This document shows, piece after piece, positions 46,818-54,182 of a stretch of DNA of 60,843 bases (position 1 is the stretch's first letter; every line of letters begins with the position of its first letter). The stretch comes from Candidatus Limnocylindria bacterium (GTDB taxonomy: Bacteria; Chloroflexota; Limnocylindria; P2-11E), in assembly GCA_035699805.1 (NCBI GenBank), contig DASSPF010000041.1, forward strand, positions 1-60,843, written 5' to 3'. Below the pieces are notes generated by a model that saw nothing but the letters and a program-made list of their open reading frames with translations, was not told the DNA's origin and searched no databases. Position numbers and translations under genes: made by a program.

Positions 46818-48425
46818 CTACTGCCGCGAGGCAGCTTCCGCGAGGTTCCCGCTCCAGTAGTAGAGATCCCTGAAGGACTTCTGCCAGGCGCGATACCCCT
46901 CGGTCTCGATCAGGCCGAGGTAGGGGAGGTCCTTCGCCACCTGGTCCTGGATCTCGAAGTAGGCCTTCGCCCGGTCGGATTTCTCGACCGCGGCGACCGC
47001 CTTGTCGAAGCTCTCGTCGACCTTCGGGTTGCGGTACGCCGCACCATTGGAGAAGAGGACGGGGCCGATGTTCGACGACACGTACATGCGCCGGACGCCG
47101 ATCTCGGGGTCGGGGCCGTTGCAGTACGACGCGAAGCCCAGGTCGAAGTCCCGCTTGATGAACACCCGCTGGTTCGCGGCATTCACCTCGAGCGCCGCTA
47201 GCTGCAGGTCCACCCCGACCTTCGCCAGGTCGGCCTTCATGAGCTCGCCGTACTTGGCGAATCCGGTCGCGTGCACGAACGTGACCTTGAAGCGCATGCC
47301 GTCGGCGCCCTTGGCGAGGCCGGCCTGATCGAGGAGCGCATTCGCCTTCGCCGTGTCGAGCGGGTACTGCTGGACGCTCGGGTTGTGTGCCCAGCCGATC
47401 GCGCTCGAGATCGCCGCCGTTGCGACCTTGCCCTGACCGAACTGGATCTCGGCGAGCATCTTGTTCCGGTCGATCGCGTGGGCGAACGCCTGACGCACCT
47501 CGGCCTTGTTCACGTTCGGACGCTCGAGATTGAAGATGAGCGTGGTGATGCAGAACGAGCCGCCCGACCCGGCGCCGCTCTTGGTGATGGTGTACTTGTC
47601 GCTCTGCCGCAGCCGGGCGAGGTCCGGCCCCGGGACGCCGGAGAGGTAATCGACCTCGCCGCGCTCGAGCGCGGCCACCTGGGTCGCGGCCTGGGGGATG
47701 ATCTTGAACACGAGCTCGTCGAGGTAGGGAAGGCCCGGCTTGAAGTAGTCGGGGTTGCGTGTCATGCGTACGACGTCCCCCTTCGTGTACGCCGCGAGCT
47801 TGAACGGGCCGGTGCCCACGGGCTTGAGGTTCGCCTCGGCCGTGGTGGGGTCCTTCCCCTCGTAGATGTGCTTCGCGACGATCGGCGCCTCGACCACGTC
47901 CAGACGCTGGAGCAGAGGCCCGTAGGGCTGGGTGAAGCGCATCACGACCGTGCTCGGGTCGGGTGTGTCGATGCCCGCGAGGACCGCCTCCAGGCCGGCC
48001 TTCGTTCGCGCGTGGTACTTGAGGAGCACCTGCTCGAAGGAGAACTTCACGTCGGCGGAGCTGAAGGCCGTCCCGTCGTGCCACTTCACGTTCTGGCGGA
48101 GCTTGAAGGTGTACGTCCTCCCGCCGTCGCTGACCGTCCAGGACTGCGCGAGGTCCGGCTTCGGCTCGAGCTTCTCGTCCAGGAAGACCAGCCCGTTGTA
48201 GAGGTTGTCGGCGACGAAGTGCGTGCCGCCGGCGGTCGTGATGGCCGGGTTGAAGTGCCCGGGGTCGGCGCCGGCCGCGACGACCAGCGTTCCCCCGCGC
48301 TGGGGAGTGGCGGCCGCGCTCGCGGTGGCCGCGCCCGAGGGGCTCGGCGCGGACGATGGCGGGGCGCACGCGATCGCGAGCAGGACGGTGAGCAGCGCGA
48401 AGGCGAGGAAGCGGCGGACCGGCAT
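46818..48425 (-). CDS. Peptide/nickel ABC transporter substrate-binding lipoprotein (family 5)
   Basis: The lipobox is LLAIAC. The body is family-5 SBP-like (WHDGTAFSSADVKFSF). Confidence 0.88.
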   Translation of the reverse strand: MPVRRFLAFALLTVLLAIACAPPSSAPSPSGAATASAAATPQRGGTLVVAAGADPGHFNPAITTAGGTHFVADNLYNGLVFLDEKLEPKPDLAQSWTVSDGGRTYTFKLRQNVKWHDGTAFSSADVKFSFEQVLLKYHARTKAGLEAVLAGIDTPDPSTVVMRFTQPYGPLLQRLDVVEAPIVAKHIYEGKDPTTAEANLKPVGTGPFKLAAYTKGDVVRMTRNPDYFKPGLPYLDELVFKIIPQAATQVAALERGEVDYLSGVPGPDLARLRQSDKYTITKSGAGSGGSFCITTLIFNLERPNVNKAEVRQAFAHAIDRNKMLAEIQFGQGKVATAAISSAIGWAHNPSVQQYPLDTAKANALLDQAGLAKGADGMRFKVTFVHATGFAKYGELMKADLAKVGVDLQLAALEVNAANQRVFIKRDFDLGFASYCNGPDPEIGVRRMYVSSNIGPVLFSNGAAYRNPKVDESFDKAVAAVEKSDRAKAYFEIQDQVAKDLPYLGLIETEGYRAWQKSFRDLYYWSGNLAEAASRQ

Positions 48426-48581
48426 GTTCGTTCCCCCTCCCTGGTGTGCTGGCGCCGAGTGGCGGCATAGGGTAAGGCGCGCCCGGAAGACCCGACAGTC
48501 TCACTGGCAGGTTCACCGCGCCCGCGCTCGCTGCCTCGGCGGGTGTGAAGAGCCCGATCACTCGTAGTACCTTTCACATCC

Positions 48582-49025
48582 ATGTCGGGGGGTGGAGCGT
48601 TGCTCCGCGTCAGCGCGCTGGCAAAGCGCGCGGAAGTCCCGCCACGCACTGTCAGGTTCTACGCCGACATCGGGCTGTTGCGGCCGGCCAAGCGCGGCGA
48701 CAACGGGTATCGCTTCTTCGGCCCCGATGCGGTCGAGCGCGTGCAGCTCCTGCGTCGGGCCACGCGTCTGGGGGTCTCGCTCCGGGAGATCTCGCGCGTC
48801 CTCGAGATCGCGGAGCGCGCAAACTGCGCCGACGCTCATCAGGCGTTCGCGCAGGCGCTGCGCGAACGCATCGCGCAGGTGGATCGGAGCATCGGCGAGC
48901 TGCGGGCCACCCGCGAGCAGCTCGTGGACCTCGCGGCCGAGAGCGACGTCGGGTGCACGGATGCCTTCTGCCTCTGCCGGACGAGCCCGCACGACGCGGT
49001 GCCGATCACCTGGAGGGAGCGATGA
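48582..49025 (+). CDS. MerR-family regulator with a Cys-rich C-terminus
   Basis: The HTH is LRVSALAKRAEVPPRTVRFYADIGLL. The C-terminal cysteines are ...ERANCADAH... and ...GCTDAFCLC.... There is an ATGA overlap with the cooC-like gene. Confidence 0.85.
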   Translation: MSGGGALLRVSALAKRAEVPPRTVRFYADIGLLRPAKRGDNGYRFFGPDAVERVQLLRRATRLGVSLREISRVLEIAERANCADAHQAFAQALRERIAQVDRSIGELRATREQLVDLAAESDVGCTDAFCLCRTSPHDAVPITWRER

Positions 49026-49774
49026 AGCTCGCCGTGGCCGGCAAGGGCGGCGCGGGCAAGACGACGATCTCCGCCACGCTCGCGCGATCGCTCGCGCGCG
49101 CGGGCCGCACGGTCCTCGCGATCGACGGCGACCCCAACGCGAACCTCGGGATCGCGCTCGGTGTCCCCGCCGCGGATCTGGAGCGCCAGCCGCGCGTGCC
49201 CCGCGACCTCCTCGAGCAGCGCGACGGCGACGCCTGGCTGAAGGTCCCGGCCGACCAGCTGCGCCGCGACTACGCCATCGCTGCGCCCGACGGCGTGCAG
49301 CTCATGGCGGTCACCACCGTCGACCATGCCGGCACCGGCTGACTGTGCTCGGCGCACCGGTCGGTGCGCGGGGTGGCGGGGGCGCTCCTCGGCGCGAAGA
49401 GCGAGGTGAACCTCCTCGACATGGAGGCGTCCATCGAGCATCTCGGCCGCGGGACGCCCAAGGGTCTCGACACGCTGCTCATCGTGGTGGAGCCGTACTA
49501 CCGCGCGCTCGAGACCGCGGGTCGGATGGCGCCGCTGGCGCGCGAGCTCGGCATCCCGGGGATCCTCGCCATCGCGAATAAGCTCCGCGACGCCGAGGAC
49601 GCGCGGGTCATCCGCGACTACTGCGCGTCGCACCAGCTCGAGCTCGTCGCCGAGCTGCCGTTCGACGAAGACGTTCGCGACGCCGATCGCCGCGGGCGTG
49701 CGGTCATCGATCACGCACCCGAGTCGAGCACGGTCCGGCTCGTCGGCGAGCTCGGCCGTCAGCTGATGCGGTAG
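49022..49774 (+). CDS. cooC: CooC-type (MinD/ParA-fold) nickel-insertion maturation ATPase with one in-frame TGA (49340-49342); candidate selenocysteine codon, otherwise a pseudogene
   Basis: The deviant Walker A is MKLAVAGKGGAGKTT, and LLDMEASIEHLGRGT is present. The two ORFs in the track (ending at 49342, starting at 49364) share one frame and are separated by a single TGA. The TGA sits at GTG-[TGA]-L-C, which aligns with the CxC metal motif. Confidence 0.7.
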
Positions 49775-49785
49775 AGGAGGACGCC

Positions 49786-51042
49786 ATGGCGGTGACCATC
49801 GAGCCGACACCGTCGCGGGCCACCCGGAGCGCGCCGCCGTTCGAGCAGACCGGCAATGTGGCCGGGGCCTCGCAGGAGCAGTGGGCGCGCGCGGCGATCG
49901 AGCCACGCGGGAAGCCGACCGGCCTGGGCGGGGCGTTCGAGCGGGTGCACGTGTTCTGGCTCGCGGGCATGAGCTGCGATGGCTGCAGCATCGCCGTGCT
50001 CGGCGCGACCGCACCTGCGGTCGAGAGCCTGCTCACCGGGACGCTGCCCGGCCTTCCGCTGCTGCTGCTCCACCACACCGCGATCCAGGTGGAGGCGGGG
50101 GAGGCCTACATGGAGCCCCTGCGCAAGGCGGCGGCGGGGACGCTCGAGGATCCCTACGTGATCGTCTACGAGGGCTCCGTCGCGGACGAGGACAAGCTCG
50201 GCTCCGGGTACTGGTCGGCCATCGGCGAAGAGCTGGACGGGCAGGGGGACAAGATCCAGGTGCCCTCGGCCGTGTGGCTGCGCCGCCTCGCTCCGGGTGC
50301 GGCCGCGGTCATCGCCATCGGGACCTGCGCGACGTGGGGCGGCATCCCCGCCGCGATCAACAACGTGACCGGTTCGATGAGCGTGGCGGACTGCCTGGGC
50401 AAGGACTACCGCAGCGCCCTCGGCCTACCGGTGGTGAATATCCCCGGCTGCTCGCCGGTGGGCGACAACTTCACCGAGACGGTCGCGGTGACGCTGCTGT
50501 TCCTCCAGGGCCTGGGCCCCGCTCCGGAGATCGACATGCACGGCCGCCCGGCCTGGCTCTTCGGCGAAACGGTGCACCGGACGTGCACTCGCGCCGGCTT
50601 CTACGAGGAGGGCACCTTCGCCAAGCGCTACGGCGACAAGGAGTGCCTGGTGGAGATCGGCTGCTGGGGGCCGGTGGTGGACTGCAACATCACCTCCCGC
50701 GGCGCGATCAACCACCTGGGCGGCTGCATGAACGTGGGTGGCGTGTGCATCGGCTGCACCATGCCGGGGTTCCCGGACAAGTTCGCCCCGTTCTACAAGG
50801 CCCCGCCGGGGACGCTCGTGTCCGGCACCGGATCGCGGATGATCGGCGGCTTCGTGCGGCCGCTCCGGCGCATCACCGAGCGCAAGATGAACCGGCAGGT
50901 GAACTGGGATCGCGAGGGCGACGTCTCGAGTGGGTGGGGACTGCCCGAACAGCCGAGCGTCGTCGACAAGAGCATCCAGAAGTTCTACGACTGGCTACGT
51001 CATCGCGGTTCGTTCGGTACGTCGAAGAAAGCCGGGTCCTGA
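49786..51042 (+). CDS. [NiFe]-hydrogenase small subunit (no Tat signal)
   Basis: The Fe-S ligand motifs are GMSCDGCS, GTCATWGGIP, PGCSPVGDN, CLVEIGCWGP and GGVCIGCTMPGFPD. The N-terminus lacks an RRxF twin-arginine motif. GAGGAGGA lies upstream. Confidence 0.92.
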   Translation: MAVTIEPTPSRATRSAPPFEQTGNVAGASQEQWARAAIEPRGKPTGLGGAFERVHVFWLAGMSCDGCSIAVLGATAPAVESLLTGTLPGLPLLLLHHTAIQVEAGEAYMEPLRKAAAGTLEDPYVIVYEGSVADEDKLGSGYWSAIGEELDGQGDKIQVPSAVWLRRLAPGAAAVIAIGTCATWGGIPAAINNVTGSMSVADCLGKDYRSALGLPVVNIPGCSPVGDNFTETVAVTLLFLQGLGPAPEIDMHGRPAWLFGETVHRTCTRAGFYEEGTFAKRYGDKECLVEIGCWGPVVDCNITSRGAINHLGGCMNVGGVCIGCTMPGFPDKFAPFYKAPPGTLVSGTGSRMIGGFVRPLRRITERKMNRQVNWDREGDVSSGWGLPEQPSVVDKSIQKFYDWLRHRGSFGTSKKAGS

Positions 51043-51056
51043 ACGAGGAGGATGAG

Positions 51057-51362
51057 ATGGATCTGAACATGACGGTCGCGCAGTTCTGGTGGCTGATCCT
51101 GGGCCTCGGTCTGGTCATCGTGCTCGTCGTCGCGGCGTTGCTCGTCGCGATCATCCTGGCGGCCCGGCGCATCGAGCGCGCGGCGGCGGACATCTGGACC
51201 GTGGGCAAGCAGATCGCGGGCAACACCGTGCAGATCTGGCAGCTCGGTGAGACGAACGCCACGGCGAAGGCGATCCACGGCGTCGCGCTCGACATCGCCG
51301 GCGGCGCGAAATCGATCGACGAGCGCCTCGCGAAGCTGCCCCAGGTCCTTGGAAAGGGCTGA
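51057..51362 (+). CDS. Small single-pass membrane protein, paralog 1 of 4 (type A)
   Basis: 101 aa. The TM helix is FWWLILGLGLVIVLVVAALLVAIIL, followed by a helical Ala/Gly-rich tail with an IAGNTVQI motif. GAGGAGGATGAG lies upstream. Confidence 0.7.
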   Translation: MDLNMTVAQFWWLILGLGLVIVLVVAALLVAIILAARRIERAAADIWTVGKQIAGNTVQIWQLGETNATAKAIHGVALDIAGGAKSIDERLAKLPQVLGKG

Positions 51363-51365
51363 CCG

Positions 51366-51671
51366 ATGGACCAGATCACGCTGCTCTGGTGGCTCACCGG
51401 GATCTATCTCGCGATCCTCGTGCTCGTGCTCGCCTTCTCCGTCGGTAGCGTCCTGTTCTATCTCTGGCGCATCGGGACGACCCTCGGCGCCATCGCCGAT
51501 GGCCTCAGCGCGGTCGAAGGGCACACGCGTCCGCTCGGCGAGAAGATCGGAGCGGCGAACGCCGGCCTCGGCGCGATCGCCGGCTCGCTCTCCTCGGCTC
51601 GCGACCACCTCGTCGCGACGGATGCCGCGCTCGCCACGCTCACCAGCGGCGGAGAGGAGCGTGTGGCCTGA
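51366..51671 (+). CDS. Small single-pass membrane protein, paralog 2 of 4 (type B)
   Basis: 101 aa. The TM helix is LLWWLTGIYLAILVLVLAFSVGSVLF. The tail carries LSSARDHL. There is a 3-nt gap to the previous gene. Confidence 0.7.
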   Translation: MDQITLLWWLTGIYLAILVLVLAFSVGSVLFYLWRIGTTLGAIADGLSAVEGHTRPLGEKIGAANAGLGAIAGSLSSARDHLVATDAALATLTSGGEERVA

Positions 51672-51973
51672 TGGAGGCGATCATCGTCATCTGGTGGATC
51701 ACGCTCGCCGTCGCGCTCGTGCTGACGGTCATCGCGCTCGGGATCATCACGCGCTTCGTCCTCCACGCCCGCGAGATCGACCGGCTGGCGCGCATCACCC
51801 TGAAAGCGGCGCAGGGCGTGGCCGGGAACACCGCGAACATCGCGCTCCTCGACACGCTGCTGGCCCACGCCACCGCGCTGGCCGCGACCTCCGCCGCGAT
51901 CGACGGTGTCGCGGCGCGGATCCACGGTCACGGCGGCGCGGTCGTCCGTGCGCTCTCGGGAGGTCGCCGCTGA
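51671..51973 (+). CDS. Small single-pass membrane protein, paralog 3 of 4 (type A)
   Basis: 100 aa. The TM helix is VIWWITLAVALVLTVIALGII. The tail carries VAGNTANI. There is a TGATG overlap with the previous gene. Confidence 0.7.
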   Translation: MEAIIVIWWITLAVALVLTVIALGIITRFVLHAREIDRLARITLKAAQGVAGNTANIALLDTLLAHATALAATSAAIDGVAARIHGHGGAVVRALSGGRR

Positions 51974-52269
51974 TGGATGTCCTTCTCGCGCTGCTCACCG
52001 GGATCGAGCTCATCATCGTCCTCGCGGTGGTCTCGTACGGCGTCCAGACCATCACGCACGCGCTGAAGGGCATCAACCGTTCGATGGCGAAGATCTCGTG
52101 GGGTGTCCGTGCGATCGAGAGCGAGACCGCCCTGCTCACCGCCAACGTGCCCCCGCTCATCGACACGTTCAAGGGACTCGACGACGGCGCCAAGATCATC
52201 GCCGAGCGCCTTTCGTCCGCGGAGCGCCATCTCGCTTCCGCGGCCCAGCTGCTCGGCGCCGAGAAATGA
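51973..52269 (+). CDS. Small single-pass membrane protein, paralog 4 of 4 (type B)
   Basis: 98 aa. The TM helix is LLALLTGIELIIVLAVVSYGV. The tail carries LSSAERHL. There is a TGATG overlap with the previous gene. Confidence 0.7.
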   Translation: MDVLLALLTGIELIIVLAVVSYGVQTITHALKGINRSMAKISWGVRAIESETALLTANVPPLIDTFKGLDDGAKIIAERLSSAERHLASAAQLLGAEK

Positions 52270-52280
52270 GGGCCAGCTGA

Positions 52281-54182
52281 ATGTGCTTCAAGAACCTCCC
52301 CGTCGAGTTCGATGACCAGGGGAAGGCCTTCCTGCGGGCGGGGGTCACCGATCCGTACAAGGTGACGCGCACCCAGACGGCGGCCGAGCGTGAGGACCGC
52401 ATCAAGGAGCTGCTCGCGCGCAACGGCCACATCAAGGAGGTGAGCATCGACCCGGTGACGCGCGTCGCCGGCGCGCTCGCCTTCCACAGCGTCGTCGACC
52501 TCCAGCAGCGCCGGGTGGAGGACGCGCACTCGATGGCGACCCTGTTCCGTGGCTACGAGATCATCCTGAAGGGGCGCGACCCGCGCGACGCCATCTTCAT
52601 CTCGAGCCGCGCGTGCGGCGTGTGCGGCGGGGTGCACGCGAACTGCTCCGCCGAGGCCATCGAGATGGCCTTCGCCGCTCCGCCGCCGCCGATGGGCGTC
52701 GTCGTGCGGAACCTCGGACAGGCCGCGGAGTTCCTCTACGACCACCCGCTGCATCTGTACCTGCTGGCCGGCCCCGATTACTCCGAGGCCGTCGTCGGCG
52801 CCACCAACCCCGAGATCCTGGAGCGCGCGCGGACCTTCCGCGCCCGCGGCAAGGACGTCCACGGCTTCGCGACGATCGGCGAGATCATGAGCGCGCTCAA
52901 CCCGCTCACCGGGAAGCTGTACCTCGAGGCCCTCGAGGAAACGCGCCGGGCGCGCGAGATGACCGTGCTCGTCTGGGGCAAGTACCCGCACCCGCAGACG
53001 ATCGTCCCGGGCGGCATCAGCGCGACGGTGACCGCGCAGACGCTGAACGAGATCGGCGTCCGTCTCAACTTCTTCTTCGACTACGCGAAGAAGATGATCA
53101 GCATCTGGAACGACGTGTTCGACTTCCTCTACGAGGTCGAGCCGCGGTTCCACGATGTGGGCAAGCGGCCCGTGAGCATGATCGACCTCGGCATCTGGGA
53201 ATACCACGAGGGCTATGACGCGGACTACGCCCACGCGAACGAGTGGGGGAACCGCCGCTGGGCCACGCCCGGCGTCGTGGTGGACGGCGAGTTCCGCACC
53301 ACCGACCTGCAGAAGATCAACGCGGGCCTCGAGGAGTTCGTGGATCACAGCTACTACGAGGAGTGGCCCACGAACGCGCCGAAGTTCGCGACGGACCCGG
53401 CGGGCAACCCGCTCTCCCCGTATCACATGTGGAACAAGGACACGCTGCCCAAGCCCGGCGGTCGCAGCTGGCGCGAGAAGTACAGCTGGGCCACCGCGCC
53501 GCGGTGGGACCGCCGCGTGGTGGAGGCCGGCGCGTACGCGCGCATGTGGACGACGGCCGGTGCGACGACCCTGCCGAAGAACCCCTTCATCCACACCGAC
53601 GGCAAGGGTATGAAGATGCTGCTGCCATCGGTGGGGCTTCCCGAGATGGAGGTGGAGTGGCGGATCCCGAGCGAGCTGAACGCGATCGAGCGCAACCGCG
53701 CGCGCGCCTATGCCCAGGCCTACACGGCGCTGGTCGCCTTCAACAACCTGCTCGCCGCGTACGACCTGCAGAAGAAGGGCGAGACCCGCGTGAGCCGCGA
53801 CTTCAGCGTTCCGAAGGAGCACCGCCTCGGCGTGGGCTTCTGGGGCGCCGGGCGCGGCTACCTCTCGCACCACCTCGAGATGGAGAAGGGTGCGCTCCTC
53901 AACTATCAGATCTGCACGCCCTCGACCATCAACGCGTCGCCGCGCGACCCGTTCGGGCAGCCCGGCCCCTACGAGGAGGCGGTCATGAACACGCCGCTCA
54001 TCGAGCGATTCGCGACGCCCGAGGAGTACAAGGGCATCGACATCCTGCGGACGATCCGCAGCTTCGACCCGTGCATGCCCTGCACGACGCACGTGTACGC
54101 GGGCTCGCACACGATCGTGCGCGAGGTGAACACCTGCGCCTGCATCCTGGACGAGGAGCCGTCCGCCGAACATGTCACCTAG
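52281..54182 (+). CDS. [NiFe]-hydrogenase large (catalytic) subunit
   Basis: The N-terminal motif is SSRACGVCGGVH and the C-terminal motif is SFDPCMPCTTH. A 29-aa extension follows the C-terminal His, consistent with endopeptidase processing. Confidence 0.93.
   Translation: MCFKNLPVEFDDQGKAFLRAGVTDPYKVTRTQTAAEREDRIKELLARNGHIKEVSIDPVTRVAGALAFHSVVDLQQRRVEDAHSMATLFRGYEIILKGRDPRDAIFISSRACGVCGGVHANCSAEAIEMAFAAPPPPMGVVVRNLGQAAEFLYDHPLHLYLLAGPDYSEAVVGATNPEILERARTFRARGKDVHGFATIGEIMSALNPLTGKLYLEALEETRRAREMTVLVWGKYPHPQTIVPGGISATVTAQTLNEIGVRLNFFFDYAKKMISIWNDVFDFLYEVEPRFHDVGKRPVSMIDLGIWEYHEGYDADYAHANEWGNRRWATPGVVVDGEFRTTDLQKINAGLEEFVDHSYYEEWPTNAPKFATDPAGNPLSPYHMWNKDTLPKPGGRSWREKYSWATAPRWDRRVVEAGAYARMWTTAGATTLPKNPFIHTDGKGMKMLLPSVGLPEMEVEWRIPSELNAIERNRARAYAQAYTALVAFNNLLAAYDLQKKGETRVSRDFSVPKEHRLGVGFWGAGRGYLSHHLEMEKGALLNYQICTPSTINASPRDPFGQPGPYEEAVMNTPLIERFATPEEYKGIDILRTIRSFDPCMPCTTHVYAGSHTIVREVNTCACILDEEPSAEHVT

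Noticed and set aside
45043-48561. A single 1172-aa minus-strand ORF suggesting one giant protein.
   Set aside because: Only its C-terminal 269 aa (45043..45852) look like a real protein (DppC-like permease). The upstream part is an out-of-frame read-through of the DppB and SBP genes, which have their own convincing frames.
49022-49774. Treating 49022..49342 and 49364..49774 as two independent small genes.
   Set aside because: Neither half is a complete P-loop ATPase. They are in the same frame and together reconstitute one CooC-type protein. The second ORF has no ribosome-binding site of its own.
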